The translations under genes and the position numbers were made by a program. Positions 10,298 to 22,338 of a stretch of DNA of 64,000 bases are shown in pieces (within the stretch, counting starts at the first letter, position 1; every line of letters begins with the position of its first letter). The notes under the pieces were generated by a model. It had not been told where the DNA came from. It saw only the letters and a program-made list of their open reading frames with translations, and ran no database searches. The DNA comes from Chrysemys picta bellii. Taxonomy: Eukaryota. Location of the stretch: assembly GCF_011386835.1 (NCBI RefSeq), contig NC_088791.1, forward strand, positions 353,462,001 through 353,526,000, written 5' to 3'.

Positions 10298-10822
10298 TGA
10301 AATAAAATTATTCTACTTAACTGCCAGGGGGAAAATTTGTCACGTACACATGGGAGAAAGTAGAAGGGAGATATGCAGCATCAACTATGGATACTCTTAA
10401 CTCAGGAAGTTTCTCCGAGAGGAAATGTAACCAAACTCCAACCCTGCAGACAATGGAATTTTCTGTGCCTGCGTCCTGTAGATAACTAACTGCTTGGCTT
10501 GCAAAATAATGTGGGTGGGGGGGCAAGTAGATGAACAATAAGGGGTCATAAGAGGGGCAGATACATGTAGCTTGCTAATTATGTATGGTAATGATGGCAA
10601 ATTTTGGCCAATCATAGAGCGATAGATTATCATAGTCAACTGCATATGATACTTTGGTGTAAGTGTTTTCGGGGTTCTTGTTGACTTATGAGCTTGAACC
10701 CAATTGCAATTGAAATAAACGGATCGCCCCCCCCCCCCCCCCCCCCCCGGGGCTCCTTGCTTGATTACCTGTGTCCGTCTCTCCTTATTCCTCAGCTGGA
10801 ACGGACAGGAATTTCTACGACT
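10298..10822 (+). mobile_element. Solo LTR (ERV-like), ~525 bp
   Basis: Starts TG and ends ...TACGACT (CA decayed); 4-bp TSD CTAC at 10294-10297 and 10823-10826; CCAAT near 10608, AATAAA near 10714; internal poly-C tract. The empty site GACCCTACTAAT is present upstream of genes 2, 3 and 4. Confidence 0.85.
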
Positions 10823-12039
10823 CTACTAATGCCAATTCCATGTTTGATAGTGCCCCATCCACCAATAAGTCCTACACATCATGGTGTGGGAAACCTTAAT
10901 AGGCACCAGCAGGAAACACGAGTGTGGATAGTGGTTATCCATCATCAATCCTTAATGAAATGAAACCCAAGCTAGGGAGTCCATGCTGTAGGGAGTTCCC
11001 CATTCACCCAGTTCCTCAAAAACTGAGTGGAAAAAACAAACCTTTGCCAAGCCATGTGCAAAGGGGAAACATCCCAACTAGAACATACCTCAACAAAAAA
11101 ACCTTGGCATCATTGATAGCAGCTCCACAGAAACACCTACTCATTCACAGCAGTGGTCAAACAAAGACAATGTTCGGATGCTTAAGGAAGGGGATGGACA
11201 TGCCCTCAGTTTTGGTCACTCAGTCTCTATAAAGGCTATAACAGATAGAAAGGGGATTTCTGAGACAGGCTATGAGAATTGGGGAGGCTGCCAGATGCAG
11301 ACAGACTGAAAAGTCTGGGACTGTTTAGTTTAGAGAAGAGAAAAATAAGGGAGCTTATGATAGAGGAGAACAAAATAAACAATGGAACTGATTACATTCA
11401 AATGGACAAACAAAGAGAAGAGTTCCCAACCAGTAATATCAATAGATACTTAGTGCTTCAAAAGGGCTAATTCCCCAAACCTGAGACAAAATATTATTAA
11501 AACTGATTGGGAGGAAAACTTTAGAAAGAAAAATTGGAATGATTACCACAGCCAAGAAAGTAGACAACTTTGGCTAAAAACCCAGTTCAGTGGCAAAGTG
11601 AAGGCAGTAACTGGGATGGAGGGGGGAGGAAGAAAGATATAAAAAGGGGAAATAGATAGCAAACAATACAAATTGGAATGTATGAAGTTGATAAGGGACG
11701 TGAAACTTATCAGAGAGAAATCTGTGCTTGGCAGGGCTAAGGATCACAAAAAGGTGGTTATTATATTAAGAAGAAAAGAAATCCTAGAAAAGATTTAAGG
11801 CCAATTTCTAGAGGGAGAAAGGATGTGTTCAAGAAATATTTTAGTTCTGCATTTGGAAAGAAGCAGTATGAGGTACTCATATCACATGAGATGATGAAAT
11901 ACATATATATGAAAAAGCATATGCAGAACAGTACTGTGTTAATTTAAACTATTACAAATAAAGGGAAAGCTTTAAAAAAGATCTGACAAGGTTAAGAAAC
12001 AATGGAAAAGCTGGTCTGGGATTAGTTAAAAAAAAAGTC

Positions 12040-12725
12040 TAGCAATATAATTAATGCCAGTCAACAACTGGATTTATGGAGAATAGGTCTTGTCAAATAA
12101 ACCCGATTTCATCCTTTAAGGAGAGAACACATGTGGTTGATCAAGGGAACTGTACAGATGCAATGGGCTTCAATTTCTCTGAGTCATTTGATTTAGTAGG
12201 GGAAAACATTGAGATGAAAAAATAAACATTATACAATATCAGTAGAACACACGTTAAATGGACTAAAAACTGGCTAACTGACAGATCTCACAAAGCAGTT
12301 GTCAATGGACCACTGTCAGTAAATGGGGCTGTTTCTGGTGGGTTTCTGCAGGGATCAGTTCTAGGCCTGATGCTATTCAATATTTCCATCAAAGATTTGG
12401 AAGCAAATAGAAAATCACTGCCGATAAAATTAGCAGATGAACTAAAGGTTGGCAGAGTGGTTACAATCAGGAGGCCTGGGCAGGTACATTGACTGATTTG
12501 GAGCGTTCGGTGACCTGGGCCTATGCAAACAATATGTTTTAATACACTCAAATGCAAAGCTATCCTCTCGGAACAGGGAATGCAGGCCCGACACACAGAC
12601 TAGGGCACTGTATTATGGGACGCAGGGAATGAGAAAAGGATTTAGGGGTCACTGTGGACAACCAGCTCATCACGAGCTCCCATTGCGATATTGTGGCCAA
12701 AAGGGCTGATGTGATCCTTGGATGT
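12040..12725 (+). mobile_element. Old CR1 RT fragment shared by the units
   Basis: Degenerate QHGF...SCQTNLI / GVPQGSVLG...LFNIFI / KFADD motifs; paralogs at ~24960-25600 and ~54790-56140. Confidence 0.7.
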
Positions 12726-13016
12726 TGTCAAGGCTGCTCCCCACTCTGAACTTTAGGGTACAAATGTGGGGACCTGCATGAAACTTCTAAGCTTTTAACT
12801 ACCAGCTTAGATCTGGTCCACTGCCACCACTCCCAAAGTGCTAATTCCCTTCCCTGGGTAGCCTTGAGAGACTCTTCACCAATTCCCTGGTGAATACAGA
12901 TCCAACCCCTTGGATCTTAAAACAAGGAGAAATTAATCATCCCCCCTCCTTTCGCCCACCAACTCCTGGTCGATCAAGATCCAACCCCCTTGGATCTAAA
13001 AACTTGGATCTAAAAA
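12726..13016. mobile_element. Partial LTR insertion
   Basis: Starts TGTCAAGG and interrupts the old CR1 fragment; absent at the paralogous position ~55665. Resemblance to turtle Gypsy LTRs is from recall only. Confidence 0.5.
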
Positions 13017-13140
13017 CTGCTTCAGCTGCAGTACTAGTTCCTGGTTTGGTCACAAATGTATAGAAAGGATGTCGAGAAACTGGAAAGGATCCAGAGGCAA
13101 GAGACAAAGATGATCAAAGGGATGGAATTCAATCCACAAG

Positions 13141-14860
13141 AACATAAGAGAGGCCATACTGGGTCAGACCAGAGGTCCTTCTAGCCCAGTATCCTGTCTA
13201 CCGATAGTGGCCAATGCCAGGTGCCCCAGAGGGAATGAACAGAAAAGGTAATCATCAAGTGATCTGTCCCCTGTAGCCCATACCCAGCTTCTGAGAAGCA
13301 GAGGCTAGGGACACTATCCCTGTCCATCCTGGCTAATAGCCATTGATGGACCTATCCTCCATGAACTTCTCTAGTTCTTTTTTGAACCCTGTTATAATCT
13401 TGGCCTTCACAACATCCTCTGGCAAGGAGTTCCGCCGGTTGACTGTGCATTATGTGGAAAAATATTTCCTTTTGTTTGTTTTAAACCTGCTGCCTACTGA
13501 TTTCATTTGGTGACCCCTCTATTATAGACCTCTATAATATCCCCCCACCCTTAGTCCTCTCTTTTCAAGCTGAAAAATCCCAGTCTTATTAATCTCTCTT
13601 CATATGGAACCTGTTCCATACCACTCATGATTTTTGTTGCTCTTTTCTGAACCTTTTCCAATTCCAATATATCTGTTTTGAGATGGAGCAACTACATCTG
13701 CACACAGTATTCAAGATTTGGCATACCATGGAGTTATATAGAGGCAATAAGATATTTATTGCCTTATTATCTATCCCTTTCTTATTAGTTCCCAACATTC
13801 TCTTTATTTTTTTGTCTGCTGCTGCACATTGAGTGGATATTTTCAGAGAACTATTCACTATGACTCCAAGATCTCAACTAATTTAGACCCCATTGTTTTA
13901 TATGTATAGGTGGGATTATGTTTTCTAATCCCATTACTTTGTATTTATCGACATTGAATTTCATCTGCCATTTAGTTGCCCTGTCACCCAGTTTTGAGAG
14001 ATCCCTTTGTAGCTCTTTGAATCTGCCTGGGACTTAACTATCTTGAACAATTTTGTATCATTTGCAAATTTTGCCACCTCAATGTTTACCCCTTTTTCCT
14101 GATCATTTATGCATACCATCTGGGTCCTGGTGACTTATTACTGTTTAGTTTATCAATTTGTTCCAAAACCTCCTCTAATGACACCTCAATCTGCGACATT
14201 TTCTCAGATTTGTCACCTAAATAGAATGGCTCAGGTTTGGGAATCTCCCTCACATCCTCAGCCATGACGACCGATGCAAAGAATTCATTTAGCTTCTCCG
14301 CAATGATCTTATCATCCTTGAGTGCTCCTTTAGCCTCTCAATCGTCCAGTGGGCCGACTGGTTATTTAGCAGGGTTCCTGCTTCTCATGTACTTATTATT
14401 ATTAGTAGTATTATTTGCTATTTCTTTGAGTCTTTGGCTAGCTGTTCTTCAAATTCTTTCTTGGCTTTCCTAATTATACTTTTTAACTTCATTTGCCAGA
14501 GTTTATGCTGCTTTCTATTTTCCTCAGTAGGATTTAACGTCTCATTTTTAAAAGATGCCTTTTTGCCTCTCACTGCTTTTTTTACTCTGCTGTTTAGCCA
14601 CGGTGGCTCTTTTTTCCTTCCCTTACTATGTTTTTTAATTTGGGGGATACATTTAAGTTGAGCCTTTATTATGGTGTCTTTAAAAAGTTTCCATGCAGCT
14701 TGCAGGGATTTCACTTTGAGAGCGGTAGCGTTTAATTTCTGTTTAACTAGCCTCCTCATTTTGTGTAGTTCCCTTGTCTGAAATGAAATGTGACAGTGTT
14801 GGGCTGGTGTGATGTTTTACCCATCACAGGGATGTTAAATTTAACATATTATGCTCACTA
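13141..14860 (-). mobile_element. CR1 LINE with internal deletion
   Basis: RT C-terminal remnant (13625-13858) and EN-RT linker (14418-14759, KKEPPWLNSRVKKAVRGKKASF) joined at ~14113, with the RT core missing. The 3' UTR at 13141-13350 is of the same family as 28626-28852. Confidence 0.85.
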
Positions 14861-14871
14861 TTACCAAGCGG

Positions 14872-15230
14872 TCCAGCTACATGCAGTCAAAGGCTGAAGA
14901 AACTGGGTATGTTCAGTTTGGAAAGGAAGAGATTGAGGGGGGCATGGCAGCAGTCTTCAAATACTTGAAAGGCTGCTATAAAAAGATGGAGAAAAGTTTT
15001 CTCTTGCCACAGAGGGCAGAACAAGAGGCAATGGGTTCAAAGTACAGCAGAGCAGATGTTGATGAAATCTCAGGAAAAGCTTCCAAACTGTGAGAACAGC
15101 CGGGCAACGGACCAGATGCCACAACAGGCTGTGGAAGCTCCTTCAATGGAGAGTTTCATAAGGAGGCTGGGATGGTTCAGATCCTGCATCTTTGCAGGGG
15201 GTTAGACTAAATGACCCTTGTGGTCTCTTA
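14872..15230 (+). mobile_element. CR1 3' fragment, old, shared by the units
   Basis: Reads RLK.LGMFSLEKR.L.GGMAAVFKYLKGC; paralogs at 26230-26810 and 56350-56950. Confidence 0.75.
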
Positions 15231-15906
15231 TGTAGACCAGGCCTCAGTTACATATTGGTCTTAATAGTGGGTTAACTGGGTCAAATGTAATGGCTTCTGC
15301 AATGCAGGAGATCAGAATGGATGATCTAATGGTCCTTTCAGGTCTGAAACTCTATCAATCTATTGATAAAGAAAGTGGATCAGGCATTTATATTCACTGT
15401 GTTTCATAACACATGAACAAGGGGACATTCAATTACATTGAAAGTCTGAACATATAAAACTGATAAAAGAAAATTGTTTACATAATACCTATTTGACCTG
15501 TGGAACTCCTTGCCACAGACATTATTGGAGCAAAGAGTTTAGCTGAATGGCATTCACAAATAGATTGGCCCTTCTAGGTGGTGCTGGGGGCACCACCGTT
15601 AGTTAAGGCTGTCTGACACCTTCAATTAGGAGACCTTATTTTCAGTTGCTTATAAATTAGACAAACTTTAAGCATTTGGACTGAAATTTCCCATGCAGTG
15701 TGTCTGCTTCTGGCTGATTTTTTTTTCAGGCATAACAGTTCAGCCAAATTCTGAAATTAATCTAGGAGAAAATGTGTCTGGCCCATGTCAAGTAACAGCC
15801 GCCCAAGGGCCCTCCCGCTGGTGGGAGCAAGAGCCCTGAGAGGCTAGAGGAGGAGGTGACAGTTTTTGTGCATTAATACCTAACTGTCTCCCAAGGCCTC
15901 TACTCA

Positions 15907-16126
15907 GGGCCTGTCTACACTACCCGCCGTATCGGTGGGCAGCGATCGATCCAGCGGGGGTTGATTTATTGTGTCTAGTCTAGATGCGATATATCGACCT
16001 CTGAGCGCTCTCCCATTGACTCCGTACTCCATAGGCAGAGTTGACAGGAGAGCGTCAGTTGTCGACTAACTTCAGTGAAGATCTAATTATGTTGACTTCA
16101 GCTATGCTATTCACATAGACATGCCG
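15907..16126. mobile_element. PIF/Harbinger-like MITE
   Basis: Termini GGGCCTGTCTA / TAGACATGCCG (9/11 inverted match); 3-bp TSD TCA at 15904-15906 and 16127-16129. Absent at the paralogous sites ~27590 and ~57700. Confidence 0.7.
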
Positions 16127-17094
16127 TCAGTTCTTATTCCAAGGGGAGTTTGCCTCAGTGGGGCCTAAGCAAACTACTACAGGCTACAGCCTCAGAATTT
16201 GGCTTTTGTATTGTCCATCTTGAAGGATCCACTGTGCCACGGAAATGCAGCTGCCTAGGGGCTGGAGACCATGAGTCGGGGGTGGGAGGGAGGGCACATC
16301 AAAGAGGGACACTTTGGCCAGTGATACTGCAGCAAATTCATCCCTGTGGGAAGGGCCCTGGGATGATTAATGGCTCCACAGAGCGGAAAGGACCCCAGAA
16401 TTATTCTCTATCCCATTATGCCCATGTAGCACTGGGTTTGTCGAGCAGGTGAGCTCCTCAGCAAGAGATGGGTACCTTTGAATCCTGAGTCAGACGTGTC
16501 TTCCTTGGCAATCCCCCTCAGGTAGCCGTGTCCCACACCTCTCTCACCCCAGCATCTGCAGCAGCATCCCACACTGAGAGCTGAAACTGGGGTGTGCACT
16601 GTTTATAATATAGCTCTGTGCAATCCCAGGGGGTTTCGTTCAGCGTCTAGTGGAGAAGTAGCATCTGAATGTAAACAGTCTGGAGACAAGCCTGTCTGTG
16701 ATTCTGTGTTCTTTATCCTCCTTAAGGAGTAAACAGCAATTAAGGGACTTTCTCAAAGGGAGATGAGAACTCTTGGGATCACTGCTTAGTCAGAGATGAA
16801 TTGGCTGCTATGTGCATTTCTGCATATTTAAAAATTATAATGGATTAGTAATAAACCTAGGGATAATTCCGAGACCTCCATAGGGTCTGATACCCTGTAA
16901 ATGCCCAGGAGGGAAGTGTAGAGAATAGACAGAGAAATCCAGAGAAAGATGCCTTAGGGGAGACATGAACACATTCTGCAAGCACACAGGGCTGTTGCTA
17001 AGGGATCAGAGATCAGTAATTCTCATCAGTAACTATCATCATACTGTGCAGCACCTTTCACTGAAGGATATTCAAAAGACCTAGCAAAGGAAAG

Positions 17095-17205
17095 TCATTA
17101 TGAATGTATCCCCATTTTACAGATAGGTAAACTGATCCACAGGGAGAGTGACTTGACCAACGTCACACAGCGATGACAGACAGAACCAAGGAGTCCTGTC
17201 TTCCC
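17095..17205 (-). mobile_element. MIR/CORE-SINE-like fragment
   Basis: CCCCATTTTACAGATAGGTAAACTGA...GTGACTTGACCAACGTCACACAG resembles the MIR core; paralogs at ~29000, ~41130 and ~59115. Confidence 0.7.
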
Positions 17206-17295
17206 TGCCATAACCATGGTCTCTCCATCAATAATTGGGCACATGACAAAAGGGAAAAGGACTCATGGTCTAGCAGGGCCTGTTCATGTGGTGGG

Positions 17296-20200
17296 TGTGA
17301 TGGACTTCCGCGGGGTGTAACCTGGAACTGGGGTACTGCTGACCCCTCTGGTAGACCAATCTGTGCCCCCTCTCACACTGGGAAGCTCTGACAAGCTGCA
17401 ATTGTCTCCAGGTCTTGCATTTACACAGCCACACACAGGCAGGGACACACCCAGCTGTGGTTATATGAAAGCTTTCACTAGCCACTCATGAACCAACAAT
17501 AGAGAGGCTCGAGCCACTTCCCCCAGCTCCCCAGCCTAGGACCCCAGAGCTGCACTGTCTTGCCCTAGTCAAATTCCTGACCAGTGTAAGTGTATTACCT
17601 GGTCCGCCCCCCCTCAATGTGGAGATGACAATGCACCAGCCCCTGTTCATGAGCAGATTTCCCCTTTGCATTTCAAATAACACACTGTATTAGGTAAAAA
17701 TATATAAAACAGATTTATTAACGACACAGAAAGATCGACAGATCAAAGTTAGTTACCTACGAAAAAAACAAAATTACAATCTATGCAATATACAAGGAGT
17801 GTGTCACTCTGATGGAACAAACAGTCCGCCAATCTTCCATAAACAGGCTAGAAACCTCCTCAGCGTGGGACCACAGCCCCAGTTCAGTTCTTGTTTCTAA
17901 GGTGGTTCCAGGTGTTGAGTTGTGGAGGGAGTGAGGCCAAGAGATGATGTCAATTCCACCTGTTACAGCTTCTGCCATGTGGAGGGAAATTCATTCTTCC
18001 AAGCAAAAGCCCCCAGCACAGTTAGTGGAAAAGTTCAGGCACAAGATGGAGTCCAGTGTCACATGAGTTGGTCACATGCCCTTGTATGCTTTGATAAGTC
18101 ATAGCAGGCCTTTCACAGGAAAGTCCATCAGGTGGGGAGAAGCTTCTTCTAAGGCCTATTGTGTTTCTTAATGGGCGTTACCTTGGATGGTTCATCCACA
18201 ATGTACTGGCTAGAGTGGATTTAAGTACCTTGTGGGTGTTACCCAGGAGCAAACACATCCAATACTACTACCTAGTCAACATACATAACTTTAGGTACAA
18301 AAATGATACACGCATACAACTAGGGTAATCATATTCAGCAAATCATAAATTTCCCATTGATACCTTATGTGACATATGTCGTATAAAACACTTCATAATC
18401 ACATAACCATGGTAAATATGAGGGTGCCCGGGTGTTGCTTTGGGGAACAGAATGTTACACCTCCCTCCTTAGTTTACTGCAGGAGTGTTAGTCACTGACT
18501 AATATGGAGGCAATGTGCCCAAGACCCTCTTTAGCTTTTGACCATACAACTCTCAAGTATTGCAAACATTGTGGTGTTACCCACAGGTGTTTGTGCAAGG
18601 TTCTGTGTACCTTTTAAAACTTCATAGAGCAGCCCAGTGATCTCAAAAGTCAGCAAGTGTGGCTTCTCTGGGTCGCTAGAGAACCTCTTTGTATCTGTGC
18701 ACCATTGTTAACCATTGTGCTTTTCCAATTGGTGATAACTCAGTACAGATATTCATCAATGCCGTGACTGGGAGGGCCTACGTTTCCCCTTCCACACAGC
18801 AGACCAGGTTTATTATGGTTTCCTGCTGTGATAAGCTTTGAGTCTGTGTACAGGTGTTAGCTGAGAAGTAGTATCCTCACAAGGCTTCTTGTTTACTATT
18901 CCTAGAACGTCCAAAAGCTTTCATTGAAAATCATGCGTGTTACACCTTTTCATAGGATTTACCATCAGTACCAAATTCTTTCTTAAAAATTATAAGAAAG
19001 TTCTAAAATTATTAACAAACTTTGCATCATGATATTTAACCATAACACCAAATCTTTTATCACAGGCAGGCATTTCCAAGTATTTTTATTATACCACATC
19101 TTCTGCTTGGACCGTTTGGTTTGTTCAATACCCATTGTGTTTTTAAACACCTCCCTGAACTTTAATATGTGTTAAATTACTCATTTTCCTTTCTCCTCAG
19201 TGTCCCCTTCAGAAGGGATCTCAGTCTAAGGTCATCTTTGGGGTCTTGTTATGCCAGGGTCTTGTAAGGTAAGGTTATAAGGGGTCTTCATTGACTACAG
19301 GTGCTCCAATTAACCTGTAGCAACCCACCCTAGTCTAGAGGGAACCACGCCTTAATTAGCCTAGGGCTTATATATCTCCCCTCTATCACTCTCCCATGGC
19401 TCCCTGCCCTGCCCTATCACACATGACATCACCCTTCTTTTTTACCCCTTTTATTCTTACCCAGAGACTTCCAACAAGTCTGTCTCCTATTTCATTCACA
19501 ACCTCAGTCCAAGTGTATACTTATAAATTTTATCAATCACACAAAGCCTTTCAAAGGTAGTGAAGTATTCAGCAATATCACCTGACTCACTGTATGCGGG
19601 ACACAGCTGTTCCCATCTGTGGATTTTTGGAGAGGTGGGAATCAGTGCAGTGGGAGGGTTCTGGTTCTACTTTTCCAGCTAGTCCAATTGGTGTTTCTGC
19701 TCTCCTTCTTTCTCCTCAATTTCTTGTTGTTTCAGTTCCACAGCTCTCCTGTGTTCAGCCTCCTCTCTGGAAGCCTCTCTCTGCTTTAGCTCTAAAATTT
19801 TCCTATGTTCTGTTTCTTTTTCTACTGCCTGTAATCTGAATAGCTCCAATTTCACAATTGTTTCACTCTTTTCCCTCGTCTTACTTCTTTTCTGTCCCTA
19901 CATCCCGTTCCCGAAATAAGAAACAGGAAGAAACAAACTGGTAACCTCTGTCACTGACTTATAGTCACCACACTTAACATCTCACTTAAAATCTCCACAC
20001 CAGTGTATCAAGTGCAAATCTCTCGCAGAACAACAAGTTGGGCATTTCACACTGCTCGCTATGCCACTGTGACAGACTTCCGCGGGGTGCATCCTGGAAC
20101 TGGAGTACCTCTGAGCCCTCTGGCATACCAGGCTGGGTGCCCTCCCACACAGTGATAATGTGAAAAGCTTCAAACACCAGCAGGTCCTGCACTCACACAA

Positions 20201-20350
20201 ACATTCTCAGGAAAGGACACACCCAGCAGAGTTACATGAATGTTTTTGGCAGTCACTCAGGGGCCAACAATAAAGAGGATCCAGCCAATTTTCCCCATAT
20301 CCCCAGCTTAGGACCTCAGAGTTGTACCATCTTGTCCTGGTCAGAAGCCT
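17296..20350 (-). mobile_element. Decayed Gypsy-type provirus (unit 1-2 copy)
   Basis: 3' LTR 17296-18459 (TGTGA...TTACA), polypurine tract at 18460-18470 (AAGGAGGGAGG on minus), degenerate internal region, PBS 20052-20066, and a 5' LTR from 20068 truncated by an inverted block. Confidence 0.8.
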
Positions 20351-21234
20351 GTGACAATTACAGGAATGGTGTACAAGTTTTGTATTGTGTTTATCTGGAT
20401 CTGGGTATCTCCTGTGCTGTCTAAAGTAGAGGAATTGTTTTAGCAACCCCTTTTGCAAAACCTGCATGTGTTTGCTACAGGAATCATGGGCCACAAAGAG
20501 AGAAACTAGAAATAGAATGAGCCCAAACAGGAGCTCTGGGAAGGGTGTGCTGAAGCAATTGGAGAGTCTGGGGGAGCCAAGCAAAAACTAGTTTCGGGAC
20601 CTTGGCATTCAGGTCTCCACTACCAGAGGGAAGCGCTAGAACAGAAGCTGCACCTGAAGATTGGAGCTAGAAACCCAGAGCCAAAGACAGGGCCTGAATG
20701 CTGCTCCGACTCAAAAGCACATGGGTCTAGGGTGTGGAACCCAAACATACCTTCTGGTGAGTGTCCACCTGCGGGAGCTTAAGCAAGGCTGTGACAGCAA
20801 ACCTGGAGCTGCTACATGGATGCTAGGGGACTATGTGTGGAAGGGAAGTGGGGCTGGGTGGGGAGGTGTCCACAAGATGTTCTCTTCACCCAAATGTGGC
20901 TCCTCTGGCCTCAGTGTTTCCACGAGTGGTCTGGTTCCTGCCCTGATACAGTCAGAATCCCTGAAGGAAATGTTTCCTGAACCAGGCAGTGCTGGTTTGG
21001 GGGCAGGGAGATGATTTGTCTCTCCCTTGGAAAGTGCTCCTCAGAATGGCCTCCCTCTCTCTGCCACTTGTAATGTGCATAGAAGGTATGTCCTGTCAGA
21101 TGTGAATGGGAAAGTTATGATTTGCTAAGTATGACTCTCCTGTTTGTATGCATATATCATCTTTGTGTCTGAAGTTATGATGAATGGTGATGTACTGGTA
21201 TCAGAGGACCAGTGCCAGTTCATGGCCAGAGCAG

Positions 21235-21360
21235 TGGGGTTCGGGGGTCAGGACTCCCGGTTCCTATTCTCAGCCCTACCACCTACTCATTGTGTGGCCT
21301 TGGGTAAATCACTTTACCTCTGCGTGGCTCACTCAGTCCATGACATGGGGATAATACTGC
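21235..21360 (+). mobile_element. MIR/CORE-SINE-like fragment
   Basis: TGTGTGGCCTTGGGTAAATCACTTTACCTCTG...ATGGGGATAATA; paralogs at ~36245 and ~49410. Confidence 0.6.
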
Positions 21361-22338
21361 TAGCAGCCAGATAAAGCGATTGTAGATGTAGTGATCAAAA
21401 GCGTCACTCAGAGCGAACGTTAGACTCAGCTTCACAGTTCAGCTTCAGCCCCTGGGCAATGGGTGCCCTGTAGTTCTAGATAAGGTGCTGTGTATTTGTG
21501 TAAATAGCCGGCTAATGGTAGCTGTGCCATTTATCTCCCTCCCTGTGAGCTACCAACACCACCCCGACCTCTGCCCAGCATCCCGCCTTCCCAGCTAACA
21601 CAGGGGCTGATCCTTCCGCCTCTCTCAGCTGTTATCCACCTAGCTTCAAAGCTGATCCCTTGCCCTGCCCCCAAGGCCTGGCTCAGGGCAAAGGGGTCCC
21701 AGCCCATAATCATTGCATAGATCCTGCCTGCTATAGTCTCCCAGCCGGGAGTAACAAAAGGGGTCAGAAAGCTAAAGAAATAACGCACACAATGGTCTCT
21801 TCACTCAGGACTTTGTAGCTGAGCTTTAGGGCTCACAAGCTGTATGACGCACAATCTCACCCACCAGCCACTCAACCTGCTCCCAACCCTCAGCTGCTTT
21901 TACGTGATTTCCTGGTGTCCCTCTCCACTCCTGACTGGCCTGTGGGCCCCAGCACGGCTTGCTGCTGCACTCCCTGCAGGCTCCTTGTCAGGCTGCAGCA
22001 GCTCCTGTCTCATCCCCAGAGCAGAGGGAACTCAGCTGGTGAGGGAGACTCAGCGAGTGATGGGGGGAGAAGAGGAGTGAGCGAGAGGGTCAGCACCTTG
22101 CGGGGAAAAGCGCAGAAGTGGGTGGAGCCTTGAGATGAGATTTGGAGCAGAATCTGGGCATTGGAGGGAGAGGCAGGGCAGGGGGCAGGACATCAGGGGT
22201 CCAGTTACCAGAAATTAGCAAGGTGGCAACCCTATGAGTTAATGAGTTGTACACAGACCCATTCCCAAGTTTGTCACGCTGACAAAGCAGACTAATGTCA
22301 GGAAATGATTTAATGTCTCTCACTGATCAGCCAGTGAT

